From an uncultured bacterium (lineage in GTDB: Bacteria; Zixibacteria; MSB-5A5; CAIYYT01): a stretch of DNA of 64,000 nucleotides. The stretch covers positions 160,001 through 224,000 of the forward strand of contig CAVSCK010000003.1 of assembly GCA_963726455.1 (NCBI GenBank), given 5' to 3'. The position numbers and the translations under genes are program-made. The notes under the pieces are model-generated. The model had not been told where the DNA came from. It saw only the letters and a program-made list of their open reading frames with translations, and did no database searches. Within the stretch, counting starts at the first letter, position 1; every line of letters begins with the position of its first letter. Shown here in pieces: positions 31,422 through 40,255 of this stretch.

Positions 31422-31835
31422 ATGTATGAGAACATTCTGATTCCACTGGATAACAGCAAGACCGATGATGTGATTCTCGAACACATCCGGCCATTGGCGC
31501 GCCTCACCAAAGCGCGGCTAACGATCATCCATGTGGCTGACGGCTTTATGGCTCGCAATCAAAGGCAGCTTGGGGAATCCGAAGAAATGCGCCGTGATTG
31601 GGCGTATCTAACCGGCATCGAAGAGAAGTTGCGCGCCGACGGCTTTCAGGTGCGAGCGATTCTTGCTTGCGGGGACCCCGCCGAGCATATTCTCGCAACG
31701 GCTGAAAGTGTCAAGTGTGATCTGATCGCCATGTCGACACATGGTCATCGAGGTATTTCCGATGTCATTCTGGGCAGCGTATCCTCGCAAGTACGTCACC
31801 GCACGCGCATACCGGTCTTGACGGTTCGCGCTTAG
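31422..31835 (+). CDS. Universal stress protein
   Basis: ILIPLD...GDPAEHI...DLIAMSTHG...LGSVS...PVL. Confidence 0.92.
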   Translation: MYENILIPLDNSKTDDVILEHIRPLARLTKARLTIIHVADGFMARNQRQLGESEEMRRDWAYLTGIEEKLRADGFQVRAILACGDPAEHILATAESVKCDLIAMSTHGHRGISDVILGSVSSQVRHRTRIPVLTVRA

Positions 31836-31855
31836 ATGCCGTCATCGTAAAGGGG

Positions 31856-32965
31856 CTACTTCTTCCCCCCAGCGCCACTGTCGACCGGGATGGCTGACTC
31901 ATCTCCCTGATAGTCCGGCTTCGACACCACTTGCTTGAAATCATAGTCGCGATTCTTGACGTCGAGTAGAGGCGCCATGCCGCCGAGCATCACGTCGGTC
32001 TTGGACTTGTACCTGGTCCAGGGCTCAAATGTACCGACAAAAAGCAATTTGCTGTCATCACCCATCACGAAGAAAACCGGAAACTCGGTGGTGAAGCGAG
32101 CCGATTTTTCATTTGTCGACTTGACGCCCACAACTCTCAGATTAAGCGCTCCGATTCCGGCTCGATTCGGAACAATGGAAAATCGACCGGTGTAGAAACG
32201 GGTGCTATCAGTCAACTGAATACTGCTTCCCCACGATCGCGGCAATTCCGACGGCCTGAGATTCAGCGAGTAGTCCAGAATGAATTGCACCTTGGTATAT
32301 TTGTCCGCCCGGCATTCTAGCGCCAGATCAACGAAGGTTGTCTCGTTCACTGCCGGTTTCCTCGAAAACTTTAGTTCACAAGTGAAATGCCGGTCTATTA
32401 ACGGGTCATATTGTTTTCCGCGCAGCGGATACCTCAATGTCAGCGGTTGATCGTTCACCTGCGGATGCGGCGGGACATCGGTGAGGCGGTAATTGGCGCC
32501 GGCGCCGGCATAAACGGCCTTGCCGTCCTCGTCCAGCGCAAGAACCAATGACGCCAGCGGCAGCCAGGATGACTTAAGACGCCGGGAAAACGTCAGTCGA
32601 TAGGTGCCGACCTGATCGGGCCGAAACGCAAACGATGCCTTGAATGTAGCACCCGAATCAATTGGAGTCTTCCAGACAGCACTGTCGGGAGAAATCCCCA
32701 GGCCGTAAGCGTCAACTGTCTCCAGGCGGAAACTGAGAGTGTCGGTCACTCGTTTATTGCAGGTCAGATTGACAGTTACCGAACAGGGGCTGTCATACCC
32801 GGGCTCCCCGATAAACCGCACCTCTCCGGAAAATGGTTGAATGATCGAACGAGGATGAATCTGCAAGTCGGCCTTGATTACCGCCGGAGGATCGGTCAGC
32901 GCCAGGGTCGAAGACGAAAACACCGCGCACGCGGCGCTTAACAACAACATCAGTCGCAAAATCAT
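31856..32965 (-). CDS. Secreted hypothetical protein with two related beta-rich domains
   Basis: Signal peptide from ATG 32965; internal similarity FSGEVRF...LALDEDGKAVYAG versus FTCELKF...FVMGDDSKLLFVG. Confidence 0.65.
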   Translation of the reverse strand: MILRLMLLLSAACAVFSSSTLALTDPPAVIKADLQIHPRSIIQPFSGEVRFIGEPGYDSPCSVTVNLTCNKRVTDTLSFRLETVDAYGLGISPDSAVWKTPIDSGATFKASFAFRPDQVGTYRLTFSRRLKSSWLPLASLVLALDEDGKAVYAGAGANYRLTDVPPHPQVNDQPLTLRYPLRGKQYDPLIDRHFTCELKFSRKPAVNETTFVDLALECRADKYTKVQFILDYSLNLRPSELPRSWGSSIQLTDSTRFYTGRFSIVPNRAGIGALNLRVVGVKSTNEKSARFTTEFPVFFVMGDDSKLLFVGTFEPWTRYKSKTDVMLGGMAPLLDVKNRDYDFKQVVSKPDYQGDESAIPVDSGAGGKK

Positions 32966-33123
32966 ATTCAAACACTCCCGGATATTTGCCTGCCGATTAT
33001 TCCGCAGGCCCCTCGATGACATCTCGCTCGCCTGCTGGATCGCAAGGATTATACAAAACACAACGGCGCGAATCAGCTTTTTTGTCGTTGGCCTATCCGG
33101 ACAAATTGACTATTATCCGCGTC

Positions 33124-34494
33124 ATGGCTGACAGACTTAAACGTCGCGACACGATCGAACTGGATATTATCGACTTGGCCAACACCGGCAAATCGGTGGG
33201 CCGCCATGACGGCATGGTCGTCATGACCGACCGTGGCGTGCCGGGTGACCGTATCGAATGTGAGATCACCGAGGTCAAACGTCATTTCGCATTTGGCAGG
33301 CAGACCGATCTCAAGAGTTCATCGCCGCTGCGCATCACGCCGCGCTGCTCGCATTTCCTAATCTGCGGCGGCTGTTCCTGGCAATATCTTCCGTATTCGG
33401 AACAATTGAAATATAAGGCGCGCTTTGTGAGCGATGCCATCGAGCGAATCGGTAAGCTGGAAGCCGTCGAAATCGATCCCATCATTCCCTCCGCTGATGA
33501 ATTTTACTATCGCAACAAGATGGAATATTCCTTTAGCGACGAAGCTGGCGGTTGTGCCGGACTGCACGTACGGGGGCAATTCGACGCCGTCTTCGACCTT
33601 AAAGAGTGCTACTTGCAGTCGCCTCGTTCGGTTGCGGCACTAGACACGGTCCGAAAGCTGGCGCGGCAATTTGGCGTCCCTTTCTATAACTTCAGAGACG
33701 GCTCCGGCGAACTGCGATTCCTGGTCGTCCGGGAGGGCAAGCTGACCGGTGATTTCATGTTGAACATCGTGACCTTCGACCGCGAGTTCTCCGGCCGCGA
33801 CGAGTTTTTCGGCGGCGTCTTCGAACAGGTGAACGGGCTCACTTCCTTATTTCATACCGTCAACGGCAGGAAAGCTCATGTCGCCATCGGGGATGAATTA
33901 ATTCACATCTTTGGTGATACTTATCTCACCGAACAAATCGGCCATCTGACTTTTCGCGTGACGCCCTTCTCTTTTTTCCAGACCAACACTAAACAGACCC
34001 GCGTGCTGTACGACATAATCAGAGAGCACACGCAGCCGAAAGCAGAGCACACTCTGCTCGACCTGTTTTGCGGTTGCGGCACGATCAGTCTGTACCTGGC
34101 CAGAGACGTTGCATCGGTTCTGGGAATCGAGATCAATCCTGAAGCAATTGAGATGGCGAAATTGAACGCGTCCCTGAATAATGTCCCCAATACTGAATTC
34201 GTGTCAGGTGACGTGCGCAAGTTGCTGGTTCAACTTCATGAAGGTGGCCGCGAGTTTGACACGATCGTAACCGATCCGCCGCGTGCGGGATTGGAGCAAA
34301 CAGCGGTACGACGCATTTGCCGCCTGGGCGCCAAACGTATCGTAGCAGTCTCCTGCAATCCGGCGACCCTGGCCCGCGATCTGGGACAATTTGTGGAAGC
34401 GGGTTATCGCGTCGAACGGGTCACTCCCGTCGACATGTTTCCGCAAACGGCACACGTGGAGACGGTCGCCAGTTTGGTACTCGAACAGATATAG
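33124..34494 (+). CDS. rlmD: 23S rRNA m5U1939 methyltransferase
   Basis: TRAM domain, CSHFLICGGC Fe-S motif, YRNKMEY, SFFQTN, DPPRAG, VSCNPATLARD, DMFPQTAHVE. Confidence 0.95.
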   Translation: MADRLKRRDTIELDIIDLANTGKSVGRHDGMVVMTDRGVPGDRIECEITEVKRHFAFGRQTDLKSSSPLRITPRCSHFLICGGCSWQYLPYSEQLKYKARFVSDAIERIGKLEAVEIDPIIPSADEFYYRNKMEYSFSDEAGGCAGLHVRGQFDAVFDLKECYLQSPRSVAALDTVRKLARQFGVPFYNFRDGSGELRFLVVREGKLTGDFMLNIVTFDREFSGRDEFFGGVFEQVNGLTSLFHTVNGRKAHVAIGDELIHIFGDTYLTEQIGHLTFRVTPFSFFQTNTKQTRVLYDIIREHTQPKAEHTLLDLFCGCGTISLYLARDVASVLGIEINPEAIEMAKLNASLNNVPNTEFVSGDVRKLLVQLHEGGREFDTIVTDPPRAGLEQTAVRRICRLGAKRIVAVSCNPATLARDLGQFVEAGYRVERVTPVDMFPQTAHVETVASLVLEQI

Positions 34495-34544
34495 CTGGGC
34501 GAGCAGGACGCTGCCCCGCTTAATAATATCAACCCTTGGAGTAG

Positions 34545-36260
34545 ATGATAATGACGAAGATTCTTGCAATCGTGGCTTTATGCGCAGTGCTGTTCATTCC
34601 GGCCTCGTCTGGCGCGAAACAACTCAGCGCGGGAGAGAAGCTTCAGGCAACCGCGGAAGCATTCATCGAGAAATGGTTTGCCTTTGATCCGGTGATTGCC
34701 ACAGAAATGGGAGATCACACCAACGATTATCGCTATCCCGATTTCTCGCAGAAGTCTTTCGGCAGATACGCCGCCGCCCTGCGCGATCTGCGTAACGATC
34801 TTAACGGCATCAGCCAGCAACAGTTGAACGCCGACGAAAAGCTTGACTACCTGACTCTTCAGAGCGACATCGAGACCCAATTGCTCTACCTCAGCCGCTC
34901 CCTGATCCTGCAGGACAACCCGAAATTGTTTTCCGGCAAGGCCATTGACGGACTCTATCAAGTCATGCAGTCTCAATCACTCTCTGATACCTCCAAGTTT
35001 GAGTATATTCTGGGCCGCCTGAATGATCTGCCGCGATTCCTGGAGTCTGCGCAGAGACTCCTCAAAGAACCACCACAGATCTGGATACTGCTTGCAGAAG
35101 ATGAAGTTGAGAGAACGACCACCTTCCTGACAGATCTTGCTGACTATTTCGGAGACAGACTCCCGCATCGCAGCGACGAATTGAAGGAGAAAATTGCCAC
35201 AGCGGCAAATTCCCTGGAGGATTTTTCGGACTTTCTTGACGCCCTCAAGACCAAGGAAGGTCAGCAGTTTGCGGTTGGGAAGGAACTCTTCGATAAGCTG
35301 CTTAAGCAGCAGTTGTATGTCGACTACGACTCCGATTCCTTGTTGAAGATCGGTGAGGCGCAATTCGCCGAAGCCGCCAGACTGTATGACTCCGTCTCAG
35401 CCATCGTTGACACCCTTCCGCTGCCGGAGGATTTCGCATATTTCGTACCCAAGAGTTTCAGCCGCGCCGACGTGATGGATTATTTCCAGTGGGAAATCAA
35501 TCAGACCCGTGACTGGCTGGTGGCACACGATTTCGCTACTATTCCAAGTAATATCGCTCCCTGCGTGCCGGAGGAGACTCCCGCCTTCGCCGAGCGGCTT
35601 ACGGGAGGCATCATTTGTCAGACGGCTGGGCCGTTTGAATCTGCTCAGACTAGCAGATTCCATGTTCAGCCCCTTCCGGATACTTTGTCCGATGCGAATC
35701 GCTCGGCATACTTTCGATATTGCACGCGCCGGGGTTTCAGGCCTACCGTAGTTCACGAGGCCTATCCGGGGCGCCACCTGCAAATTCAGATGACAAACCA
35801 CAACCCCTCGCTTCTCCGCCGCGTGCAACGCGACGAGATGATGACCGGGGGCTGGCCGCTCTATTGTGAAGGCGAAATCTACGATGAAGCTTTTTACGGC
35901 GATGATCTTCGCACTTACTTGACCGTTCTTAACGGTGTCCGCTTCCGCGCCGCCAGAATCATAGTGGATGTCAAATTACAGACGGGACAGTTCACCTACC
36001 AGCAGGCCGTCGATTGGATGGTCGCTAACCTCGACGCCGAGGTAGACTATATCGAGAAGGAAGTCAATTCCTACACTCTGGAGCCGACGGTTCCCAGCAG
36101 TTATCTGTTGGGCAAGGATTACCTTCTCAAAATCCGAGACCTCTACAAGACCAAGATGGGACAGCAATACACTCTCAAGAGATTCCACGACTTCATCTTG
36201 CAGCAGGGAACGATCTCGCCGGTGCTGATTTATAAGCAAATGTCCGGCCAGATCTTCTGA
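34545..36260 (+). CDS. DUF885 family secreted protein with altered metal-site motifs
   Basis: Signal peptide; HEAYPGRHLQ, GWPLYCE, RAARIIVDV, SYLLGK, FHDFILQQG. Confidence 0.85.
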   Translation: MIMTKILAIVALCAVLFIPASSGAKQLSAGEKLQATAEAFIEKWFAFDPVIATEMGDHTNDYRYPDFSQKSFGRYAAALRDLRNDLNGISQQQLNADEKLDYLTLQSDIETQLLYLSRSLILQDNPKLFSGKAIDGLYQVMQSQSLSDTSKFEYILGRLNDLPRFLESAQRLLKEPPQIWILLAEDEVERTTTFLTDLADYFGDRLPHRSDELKEKIATAANSLEDFSDFLDALKTKEGQQFAVGKELFDKLLKQQLYVDYDSDSLLKIGEAQFAEAARLYDSVSAIVDTLPLPEDFAYFVPKSFSRADVMDYFQWEINQTRDWLVAHDFATIPSNIAPCVPEETPAFAERLTGGIICQTAGPFESAQTSRFHVQPLPDTLSDANRSAYFRYCTRRGFRPTVVHEAYPGRHLQIQMTNHNPSLLRRVQRDEMMTGGWPLYCEGEIYDEAFYGDDLRTYLTVLNGVRFRAARIIVDVKLQTGQFTYQQAVDWMVANLDAEVDYIEKEVNSYTLEPTVPSSYLLGKDYLLKIRDLYKTKMGQQYTLKRFHDFILQQGTISPVLIYKQMSGQIF

Positions 36261-36452
36261 GCTTTTCCCCTTCATTTTTGGCCCGATTCTTCCGATACGA
36301 TTGACTAGGAAGGCGACGGCGCTCTACCGGTGTAACTCGGTGCCACATCTCTCTTTCGGGGCAACGCCGAATGCTTCGTCGCCGCGAACCTTATAATCGT
36401 CCACGGCTGTGTATTCAGCTTTGGCACCCATATAACAGGAAAGCTGGCAGCA

Positions 36453-37562
36453 ATGACCAAGATTATTCACGCCTCCGATTTCTGTCTTGGCAGGCAGTTC
36501 TCGGGAATCGGAAAATCGGGTGATTTCGTCCGCAAGGCTCTCAAGGATTCTCTGGAGCGTTGCGTCACCGAGGCGCTCGATCGCAGTATCGATCTATTCC
36601 TGGTTTCGGGAAATCTGTTCGCGACCAATATGGTGTCCCGGCATCTGGTTGAGTTCATGTTTCAACAGGTGGAGCGCCTGGGACGAATCCCCTTTGTCGT
36701 GTTGCCCGGATTCAAGGATGATTTCGACGACAACTCGATCTATCGCTACATGCCCAGCGAAAATCGCCCCGAAAATTTCCATATCTTGCAAGGCCGGCAT
36801 TGTCCCTGTCTTGATTTTTCCGACTCGGGAATCACAGTCTATGGGTTGAGCATCCCCAGACACGCTGCCGAACTGGGACACATAAGTTTGCCCACCAAGG
36901 AAAATACCGCGGGCGTCCATATAGTTGTTGTCAGCAATTTCGAAACGCCCGATTCCTCGGAGTCCGATATCAGCATGAGACAAATATCCGACTCACTAAT
37001 CGAGGCCGGTTTCGATTATGTCGCCATTGGCGGCGGTAACTATCGTAAATGGAACCCGCGCTCCTATTCTGCCGGCTCTCCTGAAGCTCAGGGTTTTGAC
37101 CAGAACGAACTCGGTAAAGTGCTGTTGGTTGATCTTGATCCCGGACGCTGCTCTGTCGATGACATCGAAACCGGCCAACTTCGCTGGAAACAAATTGAAT
37201 TGGACAATACGCATTTTCGCTATACGATCGAGCTTGAGGAGGAAGTTCTCAAGCACGCCTCGCCGAACACCCTGTTACAGGTGCGATTCGACGGCGGTTT
37301 TGTGACCGACGGTTACCTTGATCTTTCGGAGCTTGAAAGCAATCTCAAGGACAGCTTCTGTTGCCTGCGAGTCGAGGATGATCGGTTGTTCACTTCCGCT
37401 CAGCCGTCCACAGGCGGAAACGGCGGCGACACATTGCTGACCGACTACAATTTCCTTCTGGAGGAGGCCATTGAGAAGGCAACTCCTGAATTGAGACCCA
37501 CGTATTTCCAGGCGCTTGTGACCGGCACCGCCATGCTGTCCGGCAAGGATGTGATCTCATGA
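36453..37562 (+). CDS. SbcD/Mre11/YhaO-like phosphoesterase fold, degenerate active site
   Basis: IIHASDFCLG, SGNLF, LPGFKD, DYVAIG, AGSPEAQGFD in YhaO order; overlaps the start of the ATPase gene (ATGA). Confidence 0.8.
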   Translation: MTKIIHASDFCLGRQFSGIGKSGDFVRKALKDSLERCVTEALDRSIDLFLVSGNLFATNMVSRHLVEFMFQQVERLGRIPFVVLPGFKDDFDDNSIYRYMPSENRPENFHILQGRHCPCLDFSDSGITVYGLSIPRHAAELGHISLPTKENTAGVHIVVVSNFETPDSSESDISMRQISDSLIEAGFDYVAIGGGNYRKWNPRSYSAGSPEAQGFDQNELGKVLLVDLDPGRCSVDDIETGQLRWKQIELDNTHFRYTIELEEEVLKHASPNTLLQVRFDGGFVTDGYLDLSELESNLKDSFCCLRVEDDRLFTSAQPSTGGNGGDTLLTDYNFLLEEAIEKATPELRPTYFQALVTGTAMLSGKDVIS

Positions 37563-39709
37563 AACTGCAGAAATTCTCCCTGAGGCGGTTCGGTTGCTTT
37601 GACGATACCACGCTGGAATTTGGCGACGGCCTCAACGTGCTCCTGGGCGACAATGAGTCGGGAAAATCTACGCTGGTTCGGGCGCTCGGCACAATCTTGT
37701 TCGATGTGCCCGCGGGCACATTCGGCGCTGGCAAGTCCAACGACTCGAATCCGTCTGCCAAACCCTATCTCCTTAACCTGGAATATCACGCCGACGGGAA
37801 AAACTATCGGCTGACTAAAGATCTCGCCACCGAGACAATCCTCTTGGAAGAGATCGAATCGGGAGAGAGATGGAGCACTCCCGCCGAAGTACAGGCGCAG
37901 ATCGCATTGGCCCTGGGGATCACAGAAAAAGAACTCTACTTCGCAACATCTTTAATCCGACAGAACGATCTGGCCGGCGTGGAAAAAGCGAACGATTTGA
38001 TCCGCGACAAGCTGGAAAAGATGCTTAACAACAACAAGGATGACCTGCTTGTCTCGCGGCTGCTGCAAAGAATCGCCAATCGGCTGACACAAATTCAGGG
38101 ACGCGAGTCAGTCTGCACCGGCGAGATTGCTGAGTTTGAGAAACGAATCAACGACTGGACCACCGAACTTAACACTACCAAGACAAAGATTGTGGAACTG
38201 GCGGATTCACGATGCCGACAGGAGACTATCGTCAACGAAATTCAGGTCATTCAAAAACTGTTTGAGGACAAGCACGAGTTATTCCGCAAAAGCAAACAGG
38301 CGCTTGAAGCCGAACAAAACCTGAATCAGGAGCGGGAGACTTATCTCGACCTGGGCCGTCGCACACGTGACGCGCTGGAAATCAAGGATCAAATTACCTC
38401 CAAGAAGGAAGCCCTCAAGGCGATCGTCAAAATCGACCGCACTGATCTTAAGACTGCCGAAAGTCTTGCTATCCAGAACCAGCTTGGCAGAAACCGCCTT
38501 GAAGATGCCTCGGCAGCGCGGGAGAGAGAAGATCAAGCCGCTAATCTGCTGCAGCCAAAGGGCTGGTATCGGCTGCTGGTCGGCTTTGCATTGTTGGCCT
38601 CAGTGGTCTGCATATTCATTTGGAACAAGACCCACGGCTCCGTCTATCTCATGGGCGCCGGCGCGGGGATGCTGATGACGTTCGTTGCGACCGTGTTGTG
38701 GTCACTCAGTACTGCCAGTTACAAACATGCCCAGTCCAAATTCAAGGAAGCTGATCAACGCTGGCGGGATGAAGAAGAGCGTCTGCACAAGAATGAGGAT
38801 GCCCTGCAAACGATCATTCATCGTTTCAAGGTCAACAGTCTCGAAGAAATGCAGGACCGTTACGAGGAATATCGCGACCTTGACCGCGACATCAAGGCGC
38901 TCGTCACGCGCTACGAATCGCTTCTGGGAGACAGTAACCTGAAAGACCTTGAAGATGAACTCGGCAAGATGACCGATCGCATCAGCCGTCAGCAGGAAGT
39001 ATTCGAAAAGTTTCGCGCTTACGCCATCTCCGCTGAGAAGCTTGAACAACTGCAACGCGAAGTTGCCGAACTGGACAAACGCCACAGTCAACTGCAGGAA
39101 GAAAATGCGAACCTCGAAAAGAAGCTTCTCTTCCTCGAGGCCGGCAGCGACTTGATGGCGCCGTTACAGGAACGGATTGAAGAAGGCGAACGTCAACTTA
39201 AGCGCCTGCGCTCAGAAGCCGAGATTCTTTCGATTACGTCCAGATATCTCGAGGAAGCGCGCCGCCGGGTGTTGAAGTCCTCGCTGGAGATTCTGGAAGA
39301 CGAGGCATCCGCTATCCTCGGCAACTTGACCAATGACCATTGGAAACGCGTAAGATTCGACCGCTATTCATTCGCGGCGGAAATCAGCCCCGACGGCAGC
39401 ACCTGGATGAGTTCCTCCGAATCCCTTTCCCGGGGAACGGTAGACACGTTGCATCTGGCAATGCGGCTGGCGCTGGTCAAGATATTCTCCGGTGATGTCA
39501 AGCCGCCGATCATCATGGAAGACCCGTTGATGTTCATGGATCAGCCCCGTCGTGAAAAAGCGATGGCGATACTCGATCTGATGGCACAGGACTTCCAAAT
39601 CCTGTTCTTGACGGCCGACCGCCAGCGTTTGCCGTGGGCGAACAGGTCTATTGAACTGGGACAGGCAGAGCCAAGCCGGCAGTATTCAGAGGCGGTAGTC
39701 GGCGCATAG
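37559..39709 (+). CDS. YhaN-like SMC/Rad50-type ATPase with coiled coils and central TM hairpin
   Basis: Walker A GDNESGKST, signature LSRGT, Walker B-like IIMED, two hydrophobic helices mid-protein. Confidence 0.85.
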   Translation: MKLQKFSLRRFGCFDDTTLEFGDGLNVLLGDNESGKSTLVRALGTILFDVPAGTFGAGKSNDSNPSAKPYLLNLEYHADGKNYRLTKDLATETILLEEIESGERWSTPAEVQAQIALALGITEKELYFATSLIRQNDLAGVEKANDLIRDKLEKMLNNNKDDLLVSRLLQRIANRLTQIQGRESVCTGEIAEFEKRINDWTTELNTTKTKIVELADSRCRQETIVNEIQVIQKLFEDKHELFRKSKQALEAEQNLNQERETYLDLGRRTRDALEIKDQITSKKEALKAIVKIDRTDLKTAESLAIQNQLGRNRLEDASAAREREDQAANLLQPKGWYRLLVGFALLASVVCIFIWNKTHGSVYLMGAGAGMLMTFVATVLWSLSTASYKHAQSKFKEADQRWRDEEERLHKNEDALQTIIHRFKVNSLEEMQDRYEEYRDLDRDIKALVTRYESLLGDSNLKDLEDELGKMTDRISRQQEVFEKFRAYAISAEKLEQLQREVAELDKRHSQLQEENANLEKKLLFLEAGSDLMAPLQERIEEGERQLKRLRSEAEILSITSRYLEEARRRVLKSSLEILEDEASAILGNLTNDHWKRVRFDRYSFAAEISPDGSTWMSSSESLSRGTVDTLHLAMRLALVKIFSGDVKPPIIMEDPLMFMDQPRREKAMAILDLMAQDFQILFLTADRQRLPWANRSIELGQAEPSRQYSEAVVGA

Positions 39710-39729
39710 CGCGGTAGTTTTTATTCCGT

Positions 39730-39758
39730 TTGCGTATCCGTCAACGTTTACTTATAAT
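39730..39758 (+). promoter_or_regulatory. Sigma70-like promoter for HIT and the HTH-aconitase fusion
   Basis: TTGCGT-17 nt-TATAAT, 9 nt before ATG 39768. Confidence 0.5.
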
Positions 39759-39767
39759 TTCGCGGTC

Positions 39768-40253
39768 ATGGCAAAAACAATGTTCGCACCATGGCGCGGT
39801 GACTTCATTCGCAGTCCCAAGCCAAAGGGTTGCATCTTCTGCCGTATGCTGGCAGAGAAAAAAGATCGCGACAATCTCATTCTACTGCGCGCCGAACACA
39901 GCTTCATCGTCCTCAACCGATATCCCTACACGACTGGCCATCTAATGATTGTGCCCAATCGCCACATCGGCCATTTGGAGAAGATGCCTGAGCCGGTGTT
40001 GGTCGAGATGATGCAATTATCCCGGCTTGCCGTCAAGTCTCTCAAGGCCGAATTTACGTCGCGCGGCTTTAATCTGGGCATGAATCTGGGACGTTCCGCC
40101 GGCGCCGGCGTTGCCGGGCACTTGCACCTGCATGTTGTTCCCCGTTGGGCAGGCGATTCCAATTTTATGGCCGTCACCGGCGATATACGTGTACTCTCGT
40201 TTTCGTTGGATGACACCTATCGGGCACTATCCAAGTATTTCCAACGACGATAG
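39768..40253 (+). CDS. HIT family hydrolase (Ap4A phosphorylase/Fhit-like)
   Basis: APWR, CIFC, LNRYPY, AGAGVAGHLHLHVVPRW. Confidence 0.93.
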   Translation: MAKTMFAPWRGDFIRSPKPKGCIFCRMLAEKKDRDNLILLRAEHSFIVLNRYPYTTGHLMIVPNRHIGHLEKMPEPVLVEMMQLSRLAVKSLKAEFTSRGFNLGMNLGRSAGAGVAGHLHLHVVPRWAGDSNFMAVTGDIRVLSFSLDDTYRALSKYFQRR

Positions 40254-40255
40254 CC

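Noticed and set aside
30027-31835. mntH-usp pairing as a new system
   Set aside because: Nramp with an adjacent or fused USP domain is a common arrangement.
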